From NCBI GenBank assembly GCA_045612805.1, contig JAZKZR010000010.1, positions 67,136 through 131,135 on the forward strand: 64,000 nucleotides of DNA, written 5' to 3'. Below the pieces are notes generated by a model. The model did no database searches, had not been told where the DNA came from, and was given only the letters and a program-made list of their open reading frames with translations. A program made the translations under genes and the position numbers. This stretch comes from Candidatus Enterousia sp. (lineage in GTDB: Bacteria > Pseudomonadota > Alphaproteobacteria > Rs-D84). Each line of letters begins with the position of its first letter. Position 1 is the stretch's first letter. Positions 36,557 to 45,831 of this stretch are shown in pieces.

Positions 36557-37105
36557 ATGAAGAAACTATTTTTTATATTTTTGGTCGGAACGCTTGGGTT
36601 GGCGGGCTGTTCGGAATATAACCGTCGCGATTTTGCAAATGGTGGCGATGACGCACCGTATTACAATGAACGCACAAGTACGTTTATGCAATCGGATAAT
36701 GAATACGCCGGAATCGATTCTTATCGTCCAAAAACCGATAGGGAACTTGATGAAATGGAAACCAAATGGAACACATCGCGCATGGAAACCCGGTGGCAAG
36801 AATACCGTGGTGCGATGGTTCGTGTTCAAATCTTGCTTGGGAATACCGATATGCGTGAAATGCGCCTGCGTTTGATACAAAATGCGGACGGTATGGATGT
36901 CGATGGCGATATTCGCAGTGTCCTGTCCCGTGTGGCGGATTATGAAATGAAGCGTGTCTGTGGCCGTAATGCCGACAGTATCGTTTTGATTTATGATCGC
37001 CCATCCGTAGAGGCAATGCGCCCAACACCGTATTTCGATTATAGAATAGAAGCCGAAGGCGCGACAATGCGCGAATATGGTTTCCGATGCGTTTACAACA
37101 ACTAA
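36557..37105 (+). CDS. Hypothetical lipoprotein (182 aa)
   Basis: RBS aaggaaatg. Signal peptide MKKLFFIFLVGTLGLAGCS (lipobox). Confidence 0.5.
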   Translation: MKKLFFIFLVGTLGLAGCSEYNRRDFANGGDDAPYYNERTSTFMQSDNEYAGIDSYRPKTDRELDEMETKWNTSRMETRWQEYRGAMVRVQILLGNTDMREMRLRLIQNADGMDVDGDIRSVLSRVADYEMKRVCGRNADSIVLIYDRPSVEAMRPTPYFDYRIEAEGATMREYGFRCVYNN

Positions 37106-37141
37106 AAACAAACTAAACCAAAAAAACAAAAAGGAAAAAAA

Positions 37142-37474
37142 ATGAAAAAAATGCTTGGTGTATTTGGTCTGTGTGGTGCACTGGTGTGCGCGGGATGTGA
37201 TGCGGGCGATGTGACCGCACAAAACGGTGATACGGTTATCATCAACTTTGCGGGCTATTTGGATGGCGTCGCGTTCGAAGGCGGAACCGCAGAATCTTAT
37301 CCGTTGGTTTTGGGCAGTGGTCAATTCGTTCCGGGTTTCGAAGAACAATTGATTGGTGCGAAAAAGGGTGAAGAACGTGATTTGAATATCACTTTCCCGG
37401 AACAATATGTCCCAAGTTTGGCCGGCAAAGACGTCGTATTCAAGGTCAAGGTTGTTGATATTCAAAAGAAATAA
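37142..37474 (+). CDS. FKBP-type peptidyl-prolyl cis-trans isomerase lipoprotein
   Basis: Lipobox LVCAGC. FKBP domain motifs GDTVIINFAGYLDG, LVLGSGQFVPGFEEQLIG and VFKVKVVDI. Confidence 0.7.
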   Translation: MKKMLGVFGLCGALVCAGCDAGDVTAQNGDTVIINFAGYLDGVAFEGGTAESYPLVLGSGQFVPGFEEQLIGAKKGEERDLNITFPEQYVPSLAGKDVVFKVKVVDIQKK

Positions 37475-37485
37475 TTTGAAAATCT

Positions 37486-37522
37486 GTCGAACAAAAACGC
37501 CGGAATTTTCCCGGCGTTTTTT
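37486..37522. terminator. Bidirectional rho-independent terminator
   Basis: aaacgccggaattttcccggcgttttttt between convergent genes. Confidence 0.7.
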
Positions 37523-39012
37523 TACCTGTTATTCGATTTTGTTTTTTTTGCCAATGCAATGTTTACCAACTTTACATAATCATCATACGTTCGACAATTT
37601 GACAGCTTATACACAGATACACCAACACCGATTTCATTTTTTAAAACGCTTCTAAGGTGTTCAAACTTTATAGCATGATTAAGTGCTGCCCACAACGGTT
37701 CCATGTCTTCAAGTGCAATATATGTGGCTTCAGATTTCCCCCGCATTACCATAGAATCATGCACAGCACAACAAATATCCCCAACTTTTAAATACGGATC
37801 TGTCATATCTATTTTGATTTTGTGTTCGTTTTCCAAATTTTCGAATGTTTTTTCTAAATTAATTACTTTTTCTTGGTTGTCGTGTATCTTACTTAATAAG
37901 TTGCTAACCTTGGTATAAGATTGAACACTGCGTTCAAGAGAAACGGCGTGATTAATTTCGTATATAATATCCCGAAAAATTTCATGCCTTGGTTTATTTT
38001 CATGGGGCCCTTTGTTTTTATTTACAATATTTTCGATTGTTTTTTGTTTTCCGAATAATATGTTCCGCAATTCTTCAGAATGATTTGCTTTTTCATAAAC
38101 ATACCAATAAAGCCGGCTTAATTTTGTGCCGGAAATATCATAATCAACCGTTATTCCAAAGGTGTTTTGTACATTTTGTTTAATGGATTTCGCCTTATTG
38201 GTATCAATCAAAGTTTCGGAAATACCGTGGCATAGATTGATTTCGCTGTTATCAAATACAATTTCATTAATTTTATTTTTCACTAATAATTTGATAACAT
38301 ACCCATCCAAATCTTCATAAGATTTAACGTTTGATATGGTTTTTATCGACGGCCGAATTCCAAACTTTTCTCGTAAAATATTTACTAGTGTATTGAACGT
38401 CATTGATGTCCTAATTGGCACCCACAAAGGGCTCATACCGGCACACTCAACCTTTGGATCTATGGCTTTGCCGTATTTAACCAAAGCGTATGTTACCTGG
38501 TTCACAATGTTATAAACCGTCATTTCTGGCTTTAATTTTGTATCCGATGTTATATTTATGGGGACACCAAAAGACAGATACAATAGTTCTGATAATACTT
38601 TATCAACCCCTTTTCCTGCTTTTGTTTCAATTTCTGTTTTCAACTTGCAAATTGGTTCAGTTGGAAAAATACGACGTCCAAGTAAACTGTTAAACACACC
38701 CAAAGTAATGGCAAAAACTTCATGACTGTTCAGTAAATTTTTCTCAGCGGATATTTCTTTCTGTGTAATCTTTTTGCTTTCTGAACATCGCACAAACTCG
38801 TAAACTTGTTTGCAAATTTCATCGGTGGTCATGCCAGATATTTTACAATCTAACTTTAAGCCAAAAAGTTTTTTTATAGACCTTTTTATATGGTATTCGT
38901 CAAAAGGGGATATCTGCACGATATCACCGATTTTTTTGGACGTGTCTTCATCCCCAAAACAGGGCATAAAGATAATATGCTTGATTCTTTTGTCTAAATA
39001 TTTGTATTGCAT
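37522..39012 (-). CDS. Large hypothetical protein (about 496 aa), lineage-specific; candidate effector
   Basis: Long ORF with no TM segment or signal peptide and no recognised domain. Alternative GTG starts lie at 39021 and 39024. Confidence 0.45.
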   Translation of the reverse strand: MQYKYLDKRIKHIIFMPCFGDEDTSKKIGDIVQISPFDEYHIKRSIKKLFGLKLDCKISGMTTDEICKQVYEFVRCSESKKITQKEISAEKNLLNSHEVFAITLGVFNSLLGRRIFPTEPICKLKTEIETKAGKGVDKVLSELLYLSFGVPINITSDTKLKPEMTVYNIVNQVTYALVKYGKAIDPKVECAGMSPLWVPIRTSMTFNTLVNILREKFGIRPSIKTISNVKSYEDLDGYVIKLLVKNKINEIVFDNSEINLCHGISETLIDTNKAKSIKQNVQNTFGITVDYDISGTKLSRLYWYVYEKANHSEELRNILFGKQKTIENIVNKNKGPHENKPRHEIFRDIIYEINHAVSLERSVQSYTKVSNLLSKIHDNQEKVINLEKTFENLENEHKIKIDMTDPYLKVGDICCAVHDSMVMRGKSEATYIALEDMEPLWAALNHAIKFEHLRSVLKNEIGVGVSVYKLSNCRTYDDYVKLVNIALAKKTKSNNR

Positions 39013-39081
39013 CGATTTCACCACTAGTTTTTTTTTATGACAGTGGCGTATTTTATACTAAATAAAACTGCTGTCAACAAA

Positions 39082-39894
39082 TTATTCGTCCACGGCCATA
39101 ATGAAAATCCCGCGTTCGTTTGCGCGTTTTATCACCGCGTCTCGATTCACAACAAAGCAGGTTTTTGTGTTCACGATAATTCCATGCAATTTCGCATCCG
39201 CAACCGCGTTCACCGTGTCAATACCGATTGCCGGAATGTCAATATGCAAATCTTGACCTGGTTTGGTCATTTTTGCAAATACGCCACCGCTTTTTTTGCG
39301 ATTCTTTCGCATTTCAACAACGCGGTCCAACATTTTTGCGGTACCTTCGGCGGCCTCTACCGCGATGACCTGTTTGTCCACAACGACCGATGCGCCAATA
39401 TCCGCGGCCCCGATAGTATGTGAAACATCAATCGCGCGTTCAATGTTCGCCATGTCGCCACGCGCCGGTTTCTTTTTTGTAAGCACGCCCGCGTGTTCAA
39501 AGGTCAGTTCCGGTGCCACATCTTGGGCCGCAACAACATCGAACCCCGCATCCGTCATAATTTTATTCAATGCAACCGCCATAGAATCATACCCCCGTTG
39601 ATGTTTTAACATTTTGAAAAGTGCAAAAAAAGTCCACAAATCCGGCCGTAAATCGGACAAATTCGGATGCCCAATTGCACCAACAAATGTGACCTTTTTA
39701 ATTCCCATTTTTCGTGCCGCATGCACCGCACGTCCCGCACCCCCCAATCGAATGACCAAGTCCGGATTTAACCGCGGGTCATAAAAGTTTTTAAGTCCGA
39801 TTACAAACACGTCCCACCCCCGCCGTCGCAACGCGTCACGCGTCAAAATCGGCAGATCCAGCGCCCCGGCAACAATCGCAATCTTCTTTTTCAT
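39082..39894 (-). CDS. lpxI: UDP-2,3-diacylglucosamine diphosphatase LpxI (DUF1009 family)
   Basis: MKKKIAIVAG N-terminus and C-terminal ...CFVVNRD..., the two-domain LpxI pattern. Confidence 0.65.
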   Translation of the reverse strand: MKKKIAIVAGALDLPILTRDALRRRGWDVFVIGLKNFYDPRLNPDLVIRLGGAGRAVHAARKMGIKKVTFVGAIGHPNLSDLRPDLWTFFALFKMLKHQRGYDSMAVALNKIMTDAGFDVVAAQDVAPELTFEHAGVLTKKKPARGDMANIERAIDVSHTIGAADIGASVVVDKQVIAVEAAEGTAKMLDRVVEMRKNRKKSGGVFAKMTKPGQDLHIDIPAIGIDTVNAVADAKLHGIIVNTKTCFVVNRDAVIKRANERGIFIMAVDE

Positions 39895-39983
39895 ATGTTT
39901 AAGTTTAGTCATAAATCATACTGGAATCAAGTCGGATTTTATGATATAATACCACAGAATTATAAATCAGGTGGAATTACCAA

Positions 39984-40841
39984 ATGAAAAAAATATCTTG
40001 TTTTTTGTTGGGTGTGTTGGTTTGCGTGTTCACCGCGGATGCCGATGCCAAAAGTTTAACCAGTGAAATTCGCAGCGGTCTTAAAAGTTCCGCATACGGT
40101 GGTTCGGCGCGTGCACCACGTTCAACGCGTACGCGTCGTCGGGCCGTAAATTACACGGCGGGCAATACGGTTGATACGGCCGTTTACGAAATGTCTGATA
40201 CAATCGTTAATGTTGATGCCGGCGAAATGGGAAGCGAGGTTTTCTATGACGAAAAACCGGTCGAATATGACGAAGACGAAGAATATCGTTTGTTTATTCC
40301 AACATCAATGTATATGCGTGCGGGGGGCGGTATGAACCTTGGGTTCGCAACGAAAAAGGCGCGTGTTGGAAATGAAACATATCCGTCCAAAGATTCATGG
40401 ACCATGTTGTTTGGGCTTGGGTGGAATATGTCATCGTATGTTCGTACGGAATTGGAATTTCAACGTTCGGTATTTCGGTTTAATGATTTGGGTGACGAAA
40501 GTGCATATTACAACATGATAAATGGCATGCTGTATTTCGATTTGGCGCGTCGCTATGTCCAAGACGGCGATATCACATACCGCCGCACGATTGTTCCGTT
40601 TATGGGCTTTGGCGCGGGAATCGGTATGTATGATTTCAAAGGTGGCGCGGGCGCAAGTGGCCTAATGGTTCCGGTGCCACGCGCGGAATTGGGACTAAAT
40701 TTCATGATTACCGATATGATCGGGATTGATATTTATTATCAATACCAATTGTTTGTTGAACGCGGTTTTGGTTGGAATACAACAAAGCACAGTGCCGACA
40801 GCGTCAGCAATGTCATGTTGTCATTTCGTATGAATTTCTGA
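39984..40841 (+). CDS. Outer-membrane beta-barrel protein (OmpA-like/OMP_b-brl family)
   Basis: Signal peptide MKKISCFLLGVLVCVFTADA. Alternating amphipathic beta strands. C-terminal ...SFRMNF (terminal Phe). Confidence 0.6.
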   Translation: MKKISCFLLGVLVCVFTADADAKSLTSEIRSGLKSSAYGGSARAPRSTRTRRRAVNYTAGNTVDTAVYEMSDTIVNVDAGEMGSEVFYDEKPVEYDEDEEYRLFIPTSMYMRAGGGMNLGFATKKARVGNETYPSKDSWTMLFGLGWNMSSYVRTELEFQRSVFRFNDLGDESAYYNMINGMLYFDLARRYVQDGDITYRRTIVPFMGFGAGIGMYDFKGGAGASGLMVPVPRAELGLNFMITDMIGIDIYYQYQLFVERGFGWNTTKHSADSVSNVMLSFRMNF

Positions 40842-40852
40842 TGGGGGACGAT

Positions 40853-41491
40853 ATGAAAAAATTATTGATTTGTCTTTTTTGTTTTGTGCCGATGATGGCG
40901 AATGCGGAAATCACATACCGCGTACAGAAAACATGGACGGAACGGGGCGAAAACGCCGTACGTGATACGTATGCATCCAAGCATCGTTTCTATGCGGGTG
41001 CGATGTATAACTTTTCAATATGGCAAGATTACACCACCGATGACAACATAACCGCGAACGGCCACGACACATCGGGTTTTGACGTAATGCTTGGGATTCG
41101 TTGGTTTGACACTTTCCGGATAGAGGCCGATTATTTCACGGCCAAGGCAAAGTGGAACGGTTTCGCAATAAACACGAATACGGCGTTTTTGAATTTACTT
41201 GTTGATGCAAGAATCGATAGTTTATATCGCATGTTTTATAAACAAAAACTTATTCCATACATCGGCGCGGGCGTTGGTGCAACCTGGACAGATGGCAAGG
41301 ACATTGTCGTCGATAATGATACGGTTGCGTCATTTGCGGTGATGGCGGGTCTTGGAATTGAATTCAACGATTGGTTCACACTTGATATCGGATATCGGTA
41401 TATGTATATGTTAAAGCCGGGAATTGATGGGTTCCGCGACCTGGCACCGAACGCAAATCAGATTCGCGTCGGCGCGCGCGTGAATTTCTAA
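40853..41491 (+). CDS. Outer-membrane beta-barrel protein, paralog of the upstream gene
   Basis: Signal peptide MKKLLICLFCFVPMMANA. C-terminal ...RVGARVNF. Same family pattern as the upstream gene. Confidence 0.6.
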   Translation: MKKLLICLFCFVPMMANAEITYRVQKTWTERGENAVRDTYASKHRFYAGAMYNFSIWQDYTTDDNITANGHDTSGFDVMLGIRWFDTFRIEADYFTAKAKWNGFAINTNTAFLNLLVDARIDSLYRMFYKQKLIPYIGAGVGATWTDGKDIVVDNDTVASFAVMAGLGIEFNDWFTLDIGYRYMYMLKPGIDGFRDLAPNANQIRVGARVNF

Positions 41492-41514
41492 ACGGCGAAC
41501 ATGGGGCGGATAAA

Positions 41515-42480
41515 GTGATAAAGACATGCCCATTATTTTCAATCTGTGGCGGGTGCGTATATGATTTTGCATCACCGAATTACCGCGCGGAAAAAATCAA
41601 AAAATTAAATGGATGGGATTTGTCATCCGAACCGTTTTGGACGGATGCGGGGCAACGCCGTCGCGCAGATTTCTGTTTTTCCGGATGCGAATTTGGTTTT
41701 TATCAGCGCGGAACAAAAAATATAATTCGTGTTGACCGGTGCCCGAATTTATTGCCGGAAATAAATGCGATTTTGCCAAAACTGGCCACGTTGCCGTGGG
41801 TTGGCACGGGTTCGGCACTGGTGACGGTTTGCGATAACGGAATCGATTTGGGTGTTGTTTCTGATGTTCCGTATTTCACACGCGAATTCAAAGAATCGGT
41901 TGAAAAATTGCCACTTATACGCGTAACATGGAACGGCAACATCGTTATGCAAAAAACGCAACCAAAAATAAGTTTTGCGGGCCACACTGTGGACTATATA
42001 CCAAACGCATTTTTGCAACCGACCGCGCAAAGCGAATCCGCAATGCGCGAATTTGTGGCATCGCATATTGATGATGGCGCGCGCGCGGCGGATTTATTTT
42101 GCGGGCTTGGCAATTTTACATTTGTGGCGAACGCGGACGGACAAGGTCGCGACGGAGTGAGCAAAGCGAACATAGACGGATTTGATGTGGTTGGCATCGG
42201 TGCAAAGCGCGATTTATTCAAAAATCCTTTATCAGTAAAGATGCTAAACACATACGACGTAATAATCATGGACCCACCGCGCGCCGGCGCATTGGCGCAA
42301 ACAAAACTTATCGCCGAATCAAATGTAAAGAAAGTAATTTATGTTTCGTGCAATCCGATAACTTTGCGTCGAGATGCAAAAATACTAACTAATGCAGGAT
42401 ATAAAATCACCGCCACCGCCGCATTCGATCAATTCGTCGGCACCGACCATTGGGAATTGGTGGTTGTGTTTGAAAAGTAA
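41515..42480 (+). CDS. 23S rRNA (uracil-C5)-methyltransferase RlmD/RumA-like (class I SAM-dependent, TrmA family)
   Basis: GTG start. N-terminal Cys cluster CPLFSICGGC, SAM motif DLFCGLGNFT, IIMDPPRAG, and the catalytic nucleophile region YVSCNP. Confidence 0.75.
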   Translation: MIKTCPLFSICGGCVYDFASPNYRAEKIKKLNGWDLSSEPFWTDAGQRRRADFCFSGCEFGFYQRGTKNIIRVDRCPNLLPEINAILPKLATLPWVGTGSALVTVCDNGIDLGVVSDVPYFTREFKESVEKLPLIRVTWNGNIVMQKTQPKISFAGHTVDYIPNAFLQPTAQSESAMREFVASHIDDGARAADLFCGLGNFTFVANADGQGRDGVSKANIDGFDVVGIGAKRDLFKNPLSVKMLNTYDVIIMDPPRAGALAQTKLIAESNVKKVIYVSCNPITLRRDAKILTNAGYKITATAAFDQFVGTDHWELVVVFEK

Positions 42481-42485
42481 AGAAA

Positions 42486-42512
42486 CACCGCCGTTGCCGG
42501 CGGTATTCTTCG
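42486..42512 (+). terminator. Rho-independent terminator after the rlmD-like gene
   Basis: caccgccgttgccggcggtattctt. Confidence 0.6.
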
Positions 42513-42853
42513 AACGGCTTTGAAAGGAAGGAAAGGAGAAAAAGAAATAAGCCGTTCTAAACTTTGCTGGGGTCCAGAGTCCAGAGGAGAGAGAATGTAG
42601 GAGGGAGTCTGGAATCTCTGGGCCCCACGAACATTTTCATGCTCGGTCAGGGATTGTTGCCTCTCTGACAATCGAAAATATAATACAACGAAAACTGTTT
42701 GTCAAGGCCTTTTGTCAAAAAAATTTTTTGGGTATTTATAATTGGGTTAAAAATCCGCTGAAAACCCCGGAAACCTTAGGAAATTGTGCTTGTTGCGACC
42801 CGGCACCACACGCGTTAAAATATAATCAAATTTAATAAAAAAAGGAAAAAATT

Positions 42854-43102
42854 ATGACACATGAAGATGTTTGGCGCGCGATAGAGCGATTCGCAATGGA
42901 ACATGGAATGTCATGTTCGGGTCTGGCGCGGTGCAGTGGTTTAGACCCGACGACCTTTAATAAAAGCAAGCGTTGGACCAAGGAAGGTCAACCCCGTTGG
43001 CCATCCACCAACAGCATATCAAAGATTTTGTCGTCGACTGGGGCGTCAATCCAGGAATTTACCAAGTTTATTGATAATCCTGGGCCTGAACGTGCCGGAT
43101 GA
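42854..43102 (+). CDS. LexA/phage-repressor-like HTH DNA-binding protein lacking the S24 peptidase domain (82 aa)
   Basis: The pattern DVWRAIERFAMEHGMSCSGLARCSGLDPTTFNKSKRWTKEGQPRWPSTNSISKIL matches the N-terminal HTH of alphaproteobacterial S24-family repressors. The ORF ends right after the HTH. Confidence 0.55.
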   Translation: MTHEDVWRAIERFAMEHGMSCSGLARCSGLDPTTFNKSKRWTKEGQPRWPSTNSISKILSSTGASIQEFTKFIDNPGPERAG

Positions 43103-43205
43103 TGGCAAAATGTGGGCCTCAGAGCAGCCAAAACCGATACGCGCCTGCGCGTATCGGTTCCCCTTTTTTATAGACAGTTGAATTTTTGCGTATTATCATA
43201 AACCT

Positions 43206-43625
43206 ATGTTATCTGGATTCAAAATTTTTTCATCTGACCCCGTATGGCAACAGATTGTCACGGAATTTGGGGGTATGGTCACGACCGATTCGGTGTTGTG
43301 CGATGTGAATATGGACACGTTGAATTTGAAAACGCCAGTTTCGCCATCACTATTAAAATCATCAATTATTGCGACAACGGACAATACCGCGATTATCGAT
43401 TCTGTTTTTGGGGAACATGTTTCACTTTCACCCATACAATCACAAATCGTGACATTGCTTTATAAAACCGGCGGCATGTCCGCGGATGATTTAAAGGTTG
43501 CACTTGGGTATGCGCCGGATGCAACAACGCACAGTGTGGAAACCGCGATATACGAATTGCGCAAACTGTACGGTCATGACTTTATAAAAAACATAAACGG
43601 AATTTTCAAACTTGGGCGGATATAA
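43206..43625 (+). CDS. Hypothetical protein with C-terminal OmpR-type winged-helix-like segment
   Basis: The C-terminal ...LSPIQSQIVTLLYKTGG..SADDL...AIYELRKLYG resembles a trans_reg_C domain. Weak. Confidence 0.35.
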   Translation: MLSGFKIFSSDPVWQQIVTEFGGMVTTDSVLCDVNMDTLNLKTPVSPSLLKSSIIATTDNTAIIDSVFGEHVSLSPIQSQIVTLLYKTGGMSADDLKVALGYAPDATTHSVETAIYELRKLYGHDFIKNINGIFKLGRI

Positions 43626-44277
43626 AGTTTTTTCTTTTGATAAAATTCAAAGCACGCAAGATTATGCGTATGATATGATTGCAAATGGCACCGCGCGCGA
43701 TCACTGTGTTGTCACGGCACTGGCGCAATCCGCGGGACGCGGGCGTTATCGGCGTAAATGGGTGTCGCATCATGGAAATTTGTACGCAAGTTTTATATTC
43801 GATTCACCCGAACGCGATCCACGACTTTCGTACGCGGTGGCGGTCGCAATTGCGGAAACACTTATCACATTTGGAATACACCCAACAATAAAATGGCCAA
43901 ATGATATTTTAATTTCCGGGAAAAAAATATCGGGCGTTCTAATTGAATACGCGGGGCGATTCGTTATTGTCGGAATTGGAATAAATGTTCACACCAATCC
44001 AACGGTCGCGGAATACGAAACAACGCGCACCGATAAATATACGCGCGCGGATATCGCAGAAATTTTTTCCGCACTTACAAAAAATCTTGATAAATGGATG
44101 AACGCAAAATTCGATTCGGTGCGTGATGTGTGGATGAAACTTGCCATCGGAATAAATGCGCCGGTTAAATATCGCGGCGAAATTGTGGAACTGATTGGTA
44201 TAAACGATTCGGGGGCGTTGGTCGTACGACGGGGGTCGGAATACCTGTGGATTCACGGCGATGAAATAATGGTTTGA
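43612..44277 (+). CDS. birA: Biotin--[acetyl-CoA-carboxylase] ligase
   Basis: GRGRYRRKWVSHHGNLYASF (biotin-binding GRGRxGR motif), KWPNDIL, GVLIE. TTG start. No N-terminal HTH (group I BirA). Confidence 0.75.
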   Translation: MGGYKVFSFDKIQSTQDYAYDMIANGTARDHCVVTALAQSAGRGRYRRKWVSHHGNLYASFIFDSPERDPRLSYAVAVAIAETLITFGIHPTIKWPNDILISGKKISGVLIEYAGRFVIVGIGINVHTNPTVAEYETTRTDKYTRADIAEIFSALTKNLDKWMNAKFDSVRDVWMKLAIGINAPVKYRGEIVELIGINDSGALVVRRGSEYLWIHGDEIMV

Positions 44278-44438
44278 ACATCGCAGAAAACCGGTGTCGC
44301 AAACAATTGTCTTGACTTTTACATCGTTTTATGATACACTATTACTATCAACAGGAGAGATTATATGGTTCGCGCTTTTTAAGTGCGGATTTTTTTTATG
44401 CCACGCGATACGCGTGGCTTTTTACATGGGGAAAAATC

Positions 44439-44849
44439 ATGCAAATGGAAATAATAGAGGCGCACGATGAAACAACCACATTGGCGTATGCGGTCGCGCG
44501 AATCGTTTATGCGGAAACACTTGCAAAATCTTTGCGCGTCGTCGAAGCATTAACATCAATGATTTTTAACGCCGCGAATCACGACATAAAAAATATCAAA
44601 CGCATTATATCGAATTCTAGGATGTTCGAATCGCTATGCACAGAATCAACGCGTCATGAATTTTTATCTGTGGATGCGTCGCGTCGCGATTTTCAAATGT
44701 GCCTGCGCGTGGCGAAAACCATGTTGCACGGAAATTTGCCGGACACGTGTTGTCATGCAACAATGTTTCATCGTGCGGAATTCTTGCCGTCTTGGGCGGT
44801 TGCACGTGGATACATTTGCGACATTGATGGAATTTTATTTTACATATAA
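44439..44849 (+). CDS. Cell-wall hydrolase, SleB-like (possible phage-associated lysin)
   Basis: About 136 aa. ...VVEALTSMIFNAANHD... and C-terminal HATMFHRAEFLPSWA...GYICDIDGILFY resemble the SleB/CwlJ family. Pattern-level only. Confidence 0.45.
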   Translation: MQMEIIEAHDETTTLAYAVARIVYAETLAKSLRVVEALTSMIFNAANHDIKNIKRIISNSRMFESLCTESTRHEFLSVDASRRDFQMCLRVAKTMLHGNLPDTCCHATMFHRAEFLPSWAVARGYICDIDGILFYI

Positions 44850-44867
44850 TTTTTACACGGGGGCAAC

Positions 44868-45056
44868 ATGAGCAAATTTTTTCGTGGTGGATTCTTTGCG
44901 AATCGCCGAACACAAATAATGACCGCATGTGGAATTATGTCTGCGTTGTGTGCATACCTTGTTGGCGATTCGGATCTGTTTGCCACAATCCAGGCATTGA
45001 TCGCCGTTGGCGGTGTTTATCTGTTGCATAAAACAAATCAACAAAAAGGAAAATGA
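44868..45056 (+). CDS. Small membrane protein (62 aa)
   Basis: RBS acgggggcaacatg. One TM helix. Located between the hydrolase and the phage scaffold gene (holin-like position). Confidence 0.35.
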   Translation: MSKFFRGGFFANRRTQIMTACGIMSALCAYLVGDSDLFATIQALIAVGGVYLLHKTNQQKGK

Positions 45057-45057
45057 A

Positions 45058-45714
45058 ATGGAAAAAGTACCAGAAAAATTTTTAAACGAAGATGGAACAT
45101 TAAACAGTGACGCATTGATAAAATCATACAACGAACTTGAAAAAAAGATTGGCGGAATGATAACAGTGCCGGATGAAAAATCTGACGAATCGGTGCGAAA
45201 CCGCTTTATGCGCGCGATTGGTGTTCCCGAAAGCCCCGATGAATATCCACATAATGAATTGTTTGATGATGAAAATGTGCGCAAAGAATTTCATAAAATT
45301 GGTTTAACAAATTCGCAGGTTGAAAAAATTTATAACATTGCACAAGAATTTTTATCGCCAATCATATCTGAAATTTTTACGACACAACAAGAAGCAGATG
45401 CAATATCAAAATTAAAAAATTTTTTTGGTGGTGAAGAAAAAATGCATAATGCATTTGTTGCAATAAAATCATTTGGCGAAAGATTTTTACCCGTTGACGC
45501 GTTTAATGAATTATGCTCTACACCCCAAGGAATTCAAGGTGTTTACAAGATGATGCAATCAATGGAACCGCATGTAGAAACGGAAGGTAATGCACCGGAA
45601 AAATTATCTGAATCTGATTTGCGAGACATGATGCGCGATCCAAAATATTGGCGCGATCATGATGCAGAATACATTCGCAAAATTGAAAACGGTTTTAAAA
45701 AATTATATTCGTAA
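45058..45714 (+). CDS. Phage capsid assembly scaffolding protein (T7 gp9-like)
   Basis: RBS aaaaaggaaaatgaaatg. Acidic, helical, 218 aa. Immediately upstream of a T7-gp10-like capsid gene. Assignment is mainly by synteny. Confidence 0.45.
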   Translation: MEKVPEKFLNEDGTLNSDALIKSYNELEKKIGGMITVPDEKSDESVRNRFMRAIGVPESPDEYPHNELFDDENVRKEFHKIGLTNSQVEKIYNIAQEFLSPIISEIFTTQQEADAISKLKNFFGGEEKMHNAFVAIKSFGERFLPVDAFNELCSTPQGIQGVYKMMQSMEPHVETEGNAPEKLSESDLRDMMRDPKYWRDHDAEYIRKIENGFKKLYS

Positions 45715-45831
45715 TGAATTTTTTTTATAAAAATTCACTTTTCTTCTTTACTAATTTTTTTGTTTAATATAAAATAGAACTAAGAACAAAAGAAATTTGT
45801 TCTATCCAAAAAAAATAGAAAGGAGAGATGA

